The notes beneath the pieces are model-generated. The model had not been told where the DNA came from and made no database searches. It saw only the letters and a program-made list of their open reading frames with translations. From positions 16,368,142-16,432,141 of the forward strand of contig CAJINV010000001.1 in NCBI GenBank assembly GCA_905178155.1: 64,000 nucleotides of DNA, written 5' to 3'. Of this stretch, positions 26,701-39,739 are shown piece after piece. The DNA comes from Amoebophrya sp. A120. Its lineage: Eukaryota; Protista; Dinoflagellata. Position 1 is the stretch's first letter; each line of letters begins with the position of its first letter. Both the position numbers and the translations under genes were made by a program.

Positions 26701-27745
26701 GGAGTCTGTATGCGAGCAGGAGAATCCGTCGGCGAAGCTCTTACGCCTGGTCGTGATTCAGAAGGAAAGACAGTTTCTAACACAAATGAGCCTGGCAAAT
26801 CCGGAGTTCAAGAAGTTAACGCGGATGCCCGCCAAGCTGCCCGATCTGCTGGACGACGAAGAGCTCCGGCTCGACCTGTTACGTGCCGCAGACGAATCCA
26901 AATTCCTCCCAACGCTGCCGCAGGGAATTTGGCACGGAAACCTCGAGGAAACGGCCGACCTTTCCCCCGAGGAGCAGCGGAAGGTTCGCGTTCTCGCGAT
27001 CCGGAAGCTGCTTGAGGACCGCGAGGCTGAAATTTTGGGGCAGAGCGCTGCCGACGAAGCAGGTGGTGGCGGCAACGGCGAATCTGATGATTGCTTTTCC
27101 CTGTTCCGCGACGACGTTCTCCAGAGACTGTTTCAGGCCGGAGCGTATTTGTCGCAGTACTATGCGCAAAAAGACACATTTCTAGCAGAAGAGAAGGTGC
27201 AAAGGCTGCGAGAGGCGAAATCGCTTCAGAAGGCAGCGGAAGTGGCGGATCAAGAATGTATGCGATGGTGTCATCCGTCACTGCCCGCAGGCTGCATCAC
27301 AGAGCATGAAGCAGTTCCGCTTGTGAGAAGGGATCACGGAGTATCGGGTGGGAAGAATGGAAGTGGAGCAGCAAGAACCGCGAAGTGGTATGCCTTTCTA
27401 GGATCCGGATATCGAGACAACCCAGTTTACAAAACGGCACTAGACCAGGGGTTCGCTCGGAGATTCGATGACGGCGCAGGGGTGAAGTTGCTGCAAAATC
27501 GGTTGCTGGAGCTCAAGGTTGTCGGCAAACACTCTGGACTGAGCAGCAGCAACCGCACTTCGGCAAACTGCGACACGAGGCTGTACACGCAACAAGTGTA
27601 CCACAACGAAGAAGACTGCAATTTGATTATCTTCGACAAGGAAGGAAATCACGAGAAGATAGCGCGTGAAGTTCAGCACGCGGGGCTCAAGTGGATCCCT
27701 GCATTCTCAGCAACGCCTGAACCAGAGCAAGAGGAAAGCGCGTGA
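23794..27745 (+). CDS. Large hypothetical protein: SH3/KOW-like segments, helical region, possible RelE/BECR-like C-terminal domain
   Basis: ORFs 23794-27015 and 26522-27745 overlap in different frames. A phase-0 intron at 26428-26521 (gtcc...ctag) would join them as EALRL|LSVPAKK. The junction is uncertain. Confidence 0.6.
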
Positions 27746-28127
27746 CGGTGCTATCAAGAACACTACACTACGAAGGGCCAGCACTTGCTCGACTTACATA
27801 CGCAACCTAACGAAGAAGTCATTGGTCATCCCCGTCCCTCCATTTTTAAAACCTGAAAGATAAACAGCATTGGAAAAGTACAAGAACCCCATTCAAGCGA
27901 ACAACTCATTGCCTCTTCAACGCTCTACACAGCTACATACATTCATTCTCCGTACTGATGTGGCTGCCTCGATGAAGCGGTAAATTGAGCCGCTTGTCCA
28001 GCTGAGTATCCTGTTGGATACCTGTCCTCTCACGTCTTGCACGAAATTGATGTCTTACCGTTACCTGTGCAATCTTTTAGAAGTCTTTTAGAAGCATACA
28101 CAATTGAAAAGTGTCGTCATTTCGTAT

Positions 28128-28192
28128 CCGTCTTAGTCTTTTCGTCAGCCGTACTGCATGCCAAGCCGTCTTAGTCTTTTCGTCAGCCGTAC
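28128..28192. repeat. 27-bp direct repeat, two copies with an 11-bp spacer
   Basis: CCGTCTTAGTCTTTTCGTCAGCCGTAC at 28128-28154 and 28166-28192. Confidence 0.9.
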
Positions 28193-28371
28193 AGAGGTGT
28201 GGCCTGAGCCGACCGCTGTTTGTGAGAACGAGAGCGATTCTGAGAGCCGTACTGCGTCGTGCAGGCAAAAAAAGGTGAAGATGCAGCGGGAATAATGGTT
28301 GATTTTTTAATGAAAGAAATGAAAGAGGAGGATGAGAAGATTGTGCACCCCCTAGAGTCCAGAAGATCAGT

Positions 28372-30298
28372 ATGTGGCGCGTCTTCGCCCAGCAGTTTGT
28401 GGACGACCGAGATGCGGTCCGCGTGGAGGATTTCGTCAGTGTATTTGGCGCTCCGTCCAGCAGCGCTGTACCAGCGCACCACACGCACGCCGAAGTTGCG
28501 TCGCGGCTCAAAACGGGCAGCATGGCGCAGACGCGAACGGCCGCGGCGAAGATTGCTGGCGGGGCCACGAAATCGAGCGGGACCCCGTCGGAGGCAGAAG
28601 CGAAGAAGGCTACGACGCTGCTAGAGGTGAGACCGAATTTTCAGCCACGACTGGTGTGATGATTTACAAGCAAATCTTCATTGCCACTTCGACTTCAGCA
28701 ATCATACTTATTCCTCTGGTGCGTGGCGGCCGGACAGGCTTTCGTTATTTTGATTTTCCGCGCCATTCAAAAAAAGAAGCAAACTGAACAGGACACTGAG
28801 GACGCGCCGGATCCTGAGTTCGCGAGGAAATTGGAACTCGCACAGGAATGGGAACGCATACAGATGGAAAAACGCCAAAAGCAAGCGAAGCAGGCGCGGG
28901 AGGGCAGAACAAACAAGAAGTCCACTGGTGTTCGACCGGAAAAAAAGCAGGGTGCTATTAACCCTTCTTCAGGGGAGAGCAAAGTGGCGCAGGAACATCT
29001 CCTTGCTCTTCCGCCTGCAGGTAGTCCGGACGGCAGCAACGCATCGCAACAGCTGGTGTGTCGGAGCTCGAGCAGTATGTTGGTCAAAAGAAAGAAGATG
29101 GCCACCGCAGAAGTAGTGAGCGAAATGTCCAATTGCCGAGGCGACGGTGGACCGTGGGAAACGCGCGACGCGGAAGGGGAGAGGCCCGACTCACAGACCA
29201 AGGCTGGGGCAAACATCATGGTGGGAGAACCGGAGCACCGCCTTAGTACTATTGCCGCGACTGAAGAACCTGCATCTACAGATGCGATCATTGAGCCGAC
29301 ACAGGAACACGACGTTGCCTCTGGAAGCACCTTTCTGTTGACTGCTGTGCCGCTCGACAACGGGGGCGCACCTACGGCGTTGCGTGCCGGGGGCAAAGTA
29401 TTTTCAACTTGCACAGACGGACATTTGTATTTGATCTGAACTTTCACCATTTATTTTTCAAATTGATCCGTGAATGGCGTCACAGAGATTCAATCATTTT
29501 TCTTTTTCACAGGGACCAGAGCAAAATCCGGACAAAAGTGTTGCTGGTATTGCCCGCGCAGCGCAGAGTGCTTCTTCATCAGCCGCTGGTAGAGAAAAGC
29601 AGTGCAGAGCGCCGCTCCCTCCTGCCGAAGTCGCCCCAGAAAAGCGAAACTTTCGAGGGAGGCGCACCTTCGCTACACGTAACAAAGCGGCCCCGGGCGG
29701 TACTACACGAAGAGGCGATCGGAGCCAAGGTGCGGCTTCCGCACCTTCCGTATCGCGGCTTGCTAGGACGCCAGCTGTTGGGTCACCGCGAAGCCAGCAT
29801 CCCAAAGAACCAACGGAAGACTACGATGCTGTGCAGGAGGATCAGATTACCTCCGGCGAAGATTTCTACGCGTATTTGAAGGCGCGGTCTGCAGCAGCTG
29901 GGCTGCGGAATGCCATCGACCCAGCAAATGGCGGCACTTCTAAAGGGACGGAAATCGTGCCCGCGGCGCCGCAAGAAAGGCACAAGATGAACATGTATTC
30001 CAACCAGGTGGTTGCGCACGGCTACTTTCCGCAAGCTCCCAGTAGCACCAAGCACAAACTGCGCATGGTGCAGAAGCGAATTCTAAATCAGGCAGCAGGT
30101 GCAGTCCGGGCGTATCGACACGAAGTTCGCGAGCAGCTGCAAAAGGTGTTACGCGTTAGCGAGTTGTCCTACGACGATGACCGCAGCAAGGAAATTCTAA
30201 AGACTACGACGTTCACGCGCCAGATCCAGGAATGGAATCGAATCCGAGCCATAGGAATGAAAACGGAAAAGCGATTTCTGGTGCCGCTGGTTCGGTGA
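28372..30298 (+). CDS. Hypothetical low-complexity protein, 3 predicted exons
   Basis: Phase-0 GT-AG introns 28627-28791 and 29398-29512 join three ORFs. The 5' end is uncertain and no family was recognised. Confidence 0.55.
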
Positions 30299-31091
30299 TT
30301 TGGAGGTGGGACATGGGAAATCCAGGGCGCCGTAAAATCTAAAGAATTTAGTTCATCCCCAGAGAGGCTGCTTTCTCACTCGTGGAAAACGAGAGAGGCA
30401 TGACCGTTTCGAATAAGTACCCTTGGATGTGGCGTGAAATTTTAATTTGTATGATATCATTGCGCGCGTGCCTCCAGTGGACGGACACATGACCTGAGCA
30501 ACTTCAGCTTTAAAAAAAAATCTAAATACAGATCCCGCTTTCACTGCCATGTGAGCGCCCACGCAATCGGAAATGTGCAGGAAGAAATGAGATAGCCATT
30601 CCATCTCTTTGTTGGTTCTACACGTTCCGACTCTAAGTTTAGATCCTTAAACTGATATTTGGCTTTGATGAACCGAAGATCATCTTGAATAATTTTGCTT
30701 CCAGTATCGATCCTTGGAAATATGCAGTGTGGACTAAAGGATCTCTCGACGAGGATGGCATTAAATTAACGCTCGAAGATCATACCGTGATTGCGAGATC
30801 GTGTCAAAGATGAAAAAGATCTTGCCTGAAATTTAGATTACGCTGGTCCGGAAAAATCTTCCAAACAGAAAAAGTGGATCTGAAACACAGCTGTGGATCC
30901 TGTCAAATCGGAAGCCGATCCGTTGAGGCGCTGTCTTTGATCTGCAAAAGTGGAAGAGCTCGATGCTTGAGTTCGAACAAAAACTTGACTTTCCGATATC
31001 AACGCTCTTCTCCTCCTTTTTTTTCGCACAGGGAACCGTGAGGCTTTAGATTAGAGTCGGTTTACAGCACTGCAACACCTCTTTTGGCAAG

Positions 31092-31835
31092 ATGGGTCTG
31101 GTCACCGTGCGCACGCGCAAGTTCAAGAACAACCCGCTCTTGGGCCGCAAGCAGTTCGTCATCGATGTTGTCCACCCGGGTGCGGCTAACGTGTCCAAGA
31201 AGGACATCACCGACAAAATCGCCACCATGTACAAGGTATCACAGGGAAGCGCTAATTTAGATTTTTTGGTTTGGTGCGATGCTTTGAAACGCCGTGGTCC
31301 CTGGAAACGTCATTGGGTTTTCATGAAGTTTTTGTTTACCTGATGTTGCGCATGACGAGTCTGCAATCTAAATCAGAAAAAAAAGTTGGTGACACCGAGA
31401 GATCTTTTTTACTTTCGAAAAACAGGTGAAGGACTCCAAGCAGATCTCCGTCTTCGGATTCCACACTGCCTTCGGCGGTGGCCGCTCCTCCGGAATGGGA
31501 CTCATCTACGACTCCCTGGACAAGGTCAAGCAGTTCGAGCCGAAGTATAATCTTGTTACAACTAGGATTTTTTGATAGAGACACTTGCTCATGTTTCACA
31601 CCTGCTTACGCATCTCCGTTTTGCATAGCGTCCTCTTCTAAAACCGCATCTCATCCTCTACTTAATTGTTCCAAAACCGTATCGCAGGTTCCGCTGCAAG
31701 CGTCACGGCGTCGAGAAGCCGCAGAAGCGCAAGCGCATTGGACGCCGCAACTTGAAGAAGATGAAGCTCAACCTGCTCAAGGCCCCGCGTGGCAAGAAGA
31801 AGACCGAGATCAAGAAGACCGCTGGTGCTTTGTAA
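31092..31835 (+). CDS. RPS24: 40S ribosomal protein S24 (eS24), 3 exons
   Basis: [27 protein letters not shown] and [14 protein letters not shown]; introns 31236-31425 and 31545-31687. Confidence 0.97.
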
Positions 31836-32569
31836 GGTGTTGAACCTTCCAGAACGTCACGAACACATCCGTTGTCATTGAACTCGTGATCTGAACCCAT
31901 TTGAACACGTAGCAGAGGTATTGACCGTCTCGACACGCCGACTCTAAAAAACGAAGGAAGTAGAACAATGCGACGACGCATTATGTTGTGACTGCTTGTT
32001 GTTACCAGTGTGTTCAAAAAGCTTTGACGTATTCTCGCTCGCCCATGAAAGAATGATCTGTAAAGGGATGTGCCGCACCTTCTCAATTACGAGTGCGTAG
32101 TTCTAGGGGTCTGCTTCAGTGTATCAAAATGTTTGTGCATTGGGAACTTTTTTAGAGATGAGTGCGAGAGGAGAGATACCTGGGTACAGATAGGAAAAAA
32201 GACATCTTTGGGTCGGTTTTTTCACTCTCCCCATTACTCTAGAAAACGATATTTCTCACAGATAATTACTTTGCGCCGCTCGGGGGCAACATTGATGACA
32301 ACATTCCTAGTCCGCCTATACATAGTTCTCCATCTTCATTTTTCGTCATGCACGCCAGACATAAAGGCCCTTCGGTGGCATTGGGGTTCCGCAGTGGAGT
32401 CTAAATCAATTGCGTTATCGGATTTGCTTTTATCGCGTTGCGATGTCCTCACCATGTCAACATACCGAACCGTATCAATAGTGCTAGTAGCAAGCTTGTT
32501 GAGAGGACAAAGAGAGACACAGAAAGACTTTAGCCGTATAAGCTAAGCGAGAAGCCTCAAAAAATCAAA

Positions 32570-34545
32570 ATGGGAGTCTTGAGCAAATCCGGTGCTTGGG
32601 TCAGTTCCAAGGGATTGGAGGCCAGCGTGGCCATGAAAGAGGGCGTCGTTAGCGAATTGGAACGATGCCAGAAAGCCATCGCCAGTCTGCTGAAGGTGCT
32701 TTATGGCAGCTTGCTTGGTTTTAGTTTTGCACCATGACCGAAATTTCGTGCTCATTTTCTTGCATAAAGATGCGGAATTTCTTGTGTAATCCGTTCGATG
32801 ATCTCTTTTCTAGGACTCATAGACACGATTCCAGAGAATACGTCCATTTCAGGTGATGCCGTCCTTTCCGTGTGATGCCGTCGCGTCTGCTTGCGCGTCA
32901 GTGAAGGCAATATTAGACAAGATTCAGGAGATCGAGGTACTTACTAGAGTTTCATGTGCGGAATGAATGACGTAGGCATGCTGACGAGTTCTGTGCTTGT
33001 TCAACCAAATGTCTTGTTCGCCCACTCATGCTCATTCATGATCCACGCAACGTGGCACATCTTTTTTTTCCACGAATTTGGCAGGCCGTCGCGTGGTCCA
33101 AGGAGAAGCTGTACGGGCTGTACATCCTGCTGATTGGATCCATCGAAAGCATCATCGGGTAGAGTAGTGTTTGCGAATTAGTTCTATGCCTCATGTTGCA
33201 TCATCCGTGTCGACAACACCGTGCAACCTAAAGACGGTAATGTGGCAGTCCCAAGTTCAGTTGTACACGAAACTGCCCAACTAGGTCCATTTCCCCGTTC
33301 GTCGTGCAGCCGATGTTGTGGGTGAAAGACCAGCTGATTGGCGTGTGCATGACCCTGACTACCTTCTGCTACACGGTGTTTGGCAAGATCGATGACTCCC
33401 TCGTGACGCCGATCGTTATGGCGGGAACCAACACGGGTTATCAAAGTGAAAAATCCCCCATCCCCATATCGGAAACGGAAGATGCGCGAACTTGTGATGC
33501 TGTATTTGAGTACACAAATCGACTTGTATTGCTAGAAGGCCAAGAGACGAAGCTGCGGCCTAAATTGCAGGCAATCTGTCATGATGTTTCCCACTTCCAT
33601 TTGCCTCCTGTCATCCTGGAGCTGCAAGGCCTTCCCACGCCAACCAGCACTGCAGTCCGCATCTTTTCCCTTCTAGCATGACAAAGCTGATTTGTGGCCA
33701 CAAATCTGCATCACAGATTTCCGTTTTGATATGGGGAGGGGGCATTTTTCATGGTAATGCGGGTGTGTGCTTGTACACCACCGCCAAGGACATTACCTAC
33801 ACGCAGTACGCAATGGTCAAGGACGGGCTCGTCATGCCAGTGGTCTCCACCGTCAACGCAGCTGTGGTAAGTTGTTTTTCGTCGTGTGCACAAAATTGGT
33901 CCACCACAGCCATTGTTTGGTTTCTACTACCTCCAAGATGCAGCTCGGCGCAGCTTGGCTTCTGTCTCGTTCTTTTCTCAGCGACAGCGTCATGGTAAAC
34001 AAAAACCGCGATACTTTATTTCCCCAGGTCTCCCCAGCGTACAGTGCGGCGTCTTGCGTCGCAAAGGGTGCCACGTCAAAAGCCATCAACGTCAGTGCCT
34101 GGGTGGATTCCAAGCTCAGTCTGGTCAGCATGATGGCAGCCGTTGTGGAGAAGTCCAAGAAGTTGGATGAGTGTGTCACCTCCGGTACACGAGATAGACC
34201 TTTTTGTTTTTTATGTTGCACTTGCATACAAGCGCACGTGCGCGACAGGCCCTTCATTTTTTTCTAGACGTTCTTAGCATCGTGAAGTAGAAAGTCAGCA
34301 ATAAGAACCGCATCGCAGGTGCGATTGAGAAGAAGTTGGTCCGCCCGGCGCTGGCAACTGCGACCTCCTTGGATTCCAAGTACCTCGGCGGCAGCACGCA
34401 GGACCTGATTAGCTCCACGGTGGTGCAGTTTCAGGAGGCGAAGGGCGTCCCGGTCGTCCCGGCGGTCACGGTGAAGCCAGTTGCCAACAAAACCGCCGCC
34501 GGCGCGCCTACCATCTCGCGTCCGCAGGTCGTGCGCCAGCACTAA
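32570..34545 (+). CDS. Hypothetical amphipathic-helix-rich protein, 7 exons
   Basis: GC3-rich exons joined in phase by introns 32696-32852, 32937-33084, 33159-33284, ~33437-33762 (non-canonical), 33867-34027 and 34185-34318. Confidence 0.65.
33439..33759. mobile_element. Degenerate inverted-repeat (MITE/introner-like) element forming an intron; CGGGT flanking direct repeat
   Basis: 33447-33480 is an imperfect reverse complement of 33719-33751, and 33493-33539 of 33669-33715. CGGGT occurs at 33434-33438 and 33760-33764. Confidence 0.75.
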
Positions 34546-36752
34546 ACTATTGCATCTTCCCTGAAAATTGACTTGTGTCAAAATGTCAATCTGCAATAAA
34601 CCGTTTGTAGCTAGAGTAAAATTTGTGTTTTTGACAGGACCCCCGCTTCACGATAGGTTTGTTCAGACGAGGCAAAGCAATGAATCTATCCATCCTCGGA
34701 TGTTGGATCGATCTAAATTTTTTTCCGAGCAGGGTACAAGATGACCGGTCGGAGGACCACTCTATCTTGCGAAATACAGTAAGCTTGTGCAGTGGCGGTG
34801 CAGGAGATGTAGTCACTGTAATTTGATGAGAGCCCTTTTTGTCTACTGCAAACATGGGCGGCACATCTGTGAGCTGTCGCGTGTTTGTGCTGGACAATCT
34901 AACGCCTCGAGCTCAACTGGTGGGGTGTCCAGTATCCACCTCCGCGCCCGACAGCTGCATCCTCCGTGAAACGATGGTGTAGCAGGGGGGCGAGGGGAAG
35001 TCGTAAAGTACAATTTTCCTTGTGCCCAATTTGCTCTACACAAACATAGGTGAGACATGGAACGTACACTACATTTGCTTTCGATAGAAACTATTTGGCT
35101 TCATACAAAACTAACAGAGCATGGTATTGCTTCCTGACACGCAATCTTCAAATTTGACAAAAACCTAAATTAGAATCTGAACAATGCAGTACTCCTAACC
35201 TTGATACGCAAAAAAATCTCAAATAGGTGTTGTGCGATGCGTTATGTAAAAAGCTTGCATGATGCACTTGTACGAATTTCGTCGCTGCGGAGCAAGAAGC
35301 GGCCGAGAAATCGTTATGATATCGTATCTGTCGTTGTCCTAGAAGTACCGATGCTTATGAATAGCCTTCTCGCTGCGCTTCTTGGCTTTTTTTTTTTCGA
35401 TACGGTTCGCGCTATCCGGGGGACCCTGACCACCCATAATGTACTTACTAGGCGAGGATCTCGATGATCCCCTGAACAGTTTTGCAGAGGAACGCGCGTG
35501 AGCTGGTGTGGCGTACGTGTCCCTCAACAAGCTACACTGCTAGTTCAGGCTATCTGGCTACCCGATAATTTTCCTCTACGCGCAGGCATTTTATTCGCAG
35601 GAATGGAAACTATTTCGAAGATCCATCGCAATTGCACTTCAAGCGCCAAAGTGGTCAAAGCGTCAGTTGTAGTGGAAGCTTCGCACGGTTACCATCTCCT
35701 CACGAAGCGAAATCTGTCGCGCCATGCTCATGATGATGTTTACGTCTGCTATGCTCAATGTTATCATATTTTTTTTACCGAAAAGAACAACTTCAATCAC
35801 AATTTTCCGGCCAAAATAAATCACATCTTCGAATTTCAACACAAAAAAAGCCTTTCCTCCACTCGATTTTGAACAGAGCCTCAGCCTGCTTATCTGAGCA
35901 GACTAGCGCTGAAAGTATACTAGCAAACAAGTTTCGATTTTTTGCTATGATGATTTTCCCTAAAGAATGTTTGCATTATGCCTACAAAAGTTAGTTTCGG
36001 AGGCAGCAATGTTGTGCAAAATATCGGTCGACCGTAGAATGCAGATATGCAACATTCGCCGGGTCTGCAGGGGATGATTCTGCATGTTGGTCTTGCTTCA
36101 TTCTTGCGAAGATGGGAGCTGAGTCGTGACCCTTTATTGGTAGCATTGTACAGTGCACGATACTGAAGAATGAAGACGAGAAATATAAAAATGTACGTGA
36201 AAATTTTCCTCTTCGTGCCAGTGAGGCGATGATGCTCGGTGGTCGGCACGAATTACCGTTGCACGCCAACTACACCGGTCTACGTTATGATTGGACTTTG
36301 ACAGTAACGTTTCAAATAAGAAGCTGCGATTTTTTGTCCTGGTTCTGCGGGTTTGCGCTCCCAAGTCGCGGGTCTTCCGCCTTGAGACCAAGATATGTTC
36401 ACAGTGGTGGTTGAAGGAAAAAGGTGTAGCTTCTCTTGTCAGCATGCGATTAGAAACCAAACGAGCAGCCCGTTTTCGTGGACTCGCATCACTTTGGAGG
36501 AGTGCTTGAGATAGCTGAGCGACAAGCAAAAAGCATTAAATTTTCCGTTCTCGAACGCTTCTTACAATTCACTAGAATATTTGTGTTGAACAAAGACATA
36601 AAGACGCGCGAACATCACCCGATGTGGCAGCGCCGATCTTCTTGAGACTTCAACATGGAGTAATGGCTAGGCGTGCATAGCTCTAAAGAACGGCTCCAGC
36701 TTCGCCCGAAATTCGATTTTGCGCGGAGCAACGAATACATTTCACACCCAAA

Positions 36753-39739
36753 ATGAAGACGTCGTCGTCTTTGCTCCCCGAAGACTCCTCTGCATCTAGC
36801 GACGTGAAAAAGCTTCCTTCCCGCCTCAGCGTCGACATGAATGCCGCCAGGAGAGGCACCACCAAGCCTATGGCTGTCGGTCCATCGCCCTCCACGTCGT
36901 CGTCGTCCTCCTCTTCTCGGGATCTGTGCAACGGCCTCGAAGCAATGCGGGCACGAATACGGAATTTGCACCAGCAATACGGAGATTCTCTGGAGGAGGT
37001 GGAGGCAAATCTGTCGCGCATGGATTTTGCAGATGTGGAGTCGAGTCGCAGTCGCGAGCAGGGGAACCCCGGCACAGTTGCAGAAAAGGCCAACTTTTCG
37101 GCCGGCGGGTCTAGCGGAAGAGTAGCGGGTCTTGCAAATGACAAGCCTTTGGCAGCCACGCAGGCGGAGGTGGACAGGATGAACTCCCTTATCCGCGCCA
37201 GTCGCGAGAGCGATAGGAGCAGCCGAAGTGGCAACAAACCTGTAAGCGATTCTGGACACACGGATGTCGTACCGCGCAGCAGGGGCACTGGTGTCGGGCA
37301 TATTACACCAGGTGCGGTCAGCGCGCAGCGGTCGTCCGGCGAGCTGCGTTTGAGTAATCAGAAGAGTGCCAGTTTTGCCAAGAGCAACGGGGACCTCCGC
37401 TCGCAAAACAACGCAGCGTCCAACGGCGTTACTTCGCTGTTATCCTACCTGGACACGGTAGACCAAGAGAACCAGCAGGACCTGGCGGCAATCGACCGTC
37501 GCAGCGATTTGCGGCAGAGCAGCGCGGCAGAGGTTGTTGCAGACCGTCTTTCGCTTCTGGAAATCGAACTGACCGATAAGCGGGAAACGGTACAGAGACT
37601 CAGACAGGCCCTGGACAGGCAAAAAAAGGACGCTGCCGAACGGGATCTCCAACTGCAAAAGGTACATCTAATCTGCATGTTCTTTACTCCTCACCTCGTC
37701 GACGGACACCTGGCATGGAAATCGCAAAGTCACTTTCCCTTACTAGAGCACTTTTCGTGAATTTGGAATAAGAGTGTTTTTTTACCAACAGGCCTCTGCA
37801 GATCAGCTCGCGGCGCAAAAGAAGGAATGCGATGAGCAGGTGGAGCGGCAGTTGGTGCTATGCGACCGCTTGCTGAAGGAGAAAACGGACTTGACAAAGC
37901 GCATTTCGAGCTTGGCCGAGGAACTCAAAACTGCAGAACGGAAATTTTCGAAAAAGGTTGAAGAGCTGCAGGAGGGTATGATTGTGTGTTTCGCTCTTCC
38001 TTCACCGGTATAGATTTCCTGATAGTGTCGATCGAAGTTAGCTCCGTGCGTCAGTGGCGAACTAGCACACAAAATCAAACAATGTCAAAGTATTCAAAAA
38101 TCCTAAATTAACAGATCACGCGAAGGATGTCGCACGTCAAAAGCAGAACTGGGCAACGAGTGAGCGTTTGCGGCGGGAGAACTGGGAAAAGGAAAAGACA
38201 AAAGAGATCAAGGAGATCACTATCAAGGGATTGGAGCCCGAAATCGAGCGGATATTGAGCGCTCACAGGACGGAAAAGAAGCGCATCGAAGAGCAGCACC
38301 AAGTGGAAAAAACTGAATTGCAGTCCGATTTGGAACGAAGGTAGGTAGTGGAACCCAACAAGATTGTCCTCCTACTGTTTTTCTTTTTTACAATCTCTAC
38401 AACGTGAGTATTGAGTACCACATCATCTGCCGCAAACGGGTTTCCCACGCACAGAAAACATGATCAGAAGAGAACAAGAATCGATATTCAGGTATGAGCG
38501 TCGATTGCAGGAAGCTCGCGAAGCATCGCGGCGGGAAACGGACCGGTTACTGGAAGCGGAGCAAGACCGGCAGCGGGCCAAACTGGACGAGAAGACGGGG
38601 CAAATCAGCAAGACGCACCAGGACGAGCGCAAGCGGCACCTGGAAGACGTGCGGCAGATGCAGGAAACGTGCGACAAGCGGGTAAACGAGCTCCAGCTGC
38701 ATTGGGAGAAGCAGCTGCGCGAGCTGCAACAGAAGTTCCGTTCGGAGCTGGACGCAAAAGACGCGGACCTGCAACAGCTCAAGCAGAAAGCGCGACAGGA
38801 ATTCGAACAGGAAGAGAAGGAATTGCGAGAAAAGCTGCGGCTCGACGGTGAGGCGACGCGAACCAAATTAGAGGAGCAGTTCACCGCACGGGTAAAACAA
38901 GCCGAAGTGGACATTCGAGCGGAGGTACAAAAAAAGCGAGACTGGGAAATCGAGCAATTGACAACGAGGCTCGGAAAGGAGCAGCTGGACCTCGAGCGGC
39001 AGTTCGCCACGAAACTAGAGACGGAGAAGACCGTATCGAGGGAGAAAAATGTGGCGTGGTCATGCTGGAACTACTAATTATTCGACGAGCGCAAATAATA
39101 TTTACGACCAAACAATCTTGATCAATCTATCACCAACATCGGTAGGCGTAGTCTACCTTTGTTCCTGTTTCATTCACGCAACAATATTTTTCTCATGCAT
39201 AGTCCGCATTGTGGGACAAGATGGCCGCGGAGCACGGCGCACTGTCCGCAAAGTTGACGGCCGCCATGGAGGCAACCGCCAGCGCGGAGGTCCGACTGCT
39301 GGAGGCAGAGAAGACGCGGAACGACGCCGACACGAGCAAGGACTTGGTCACGACCGAGCTGGTGGATGTCAAGGACCGACTGGCGCACGCGCTGCGCAAG
39401 GCGGACCTGGCGGAGAGCCAGAAACAGGAAGTAAACAAGCAGCAGCAAATGCAGGAAGTGCAGCATGACCGCGAGGTTCAACTCTTGACCGAGCAGTTGA
39501 AGTCGTCCCAAGCCGCTCTCGCGGACGCGGAGCAGGCCAAAGCTCTCGGCGAGAAGGCGAGCGCCGAGCGCGAGGCCGAAAGCGCACGCGTGCTGGAGGA
39601 ACGGGTCCGCAGCACGCTGGCGAAAAAGGACGGCACCATCGAAGACCTGAAGCGCCGACTCAGCTCGAAGGACAACCAAATCAAGGAATGCGAATTCATG
39701 TTGCAGAAACAACGCGAGGAGCTCCTTTCTGGGTTGTGA
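36753..39739 (+). CDS. CEP131: Centrosomal protein CEP131/AZI1 homologue, 5 exons
   Basis: SERLRRENWEKEKTKEIKEITIKGLEPEIERIL matches the conserved CEP131 block; also LLSYLDTVD. Introns 37662-37791, 37976-38114, 38341-38491 and 39051-39202. Confidence 0.85.

Noticed and set aside
28128-28192. 27-bp repeat as tandem spliced-leader relics
   Set aside because: Only CCGT...TTTT...AG is shared with the dinoflagellate SL, which is too little similarity.
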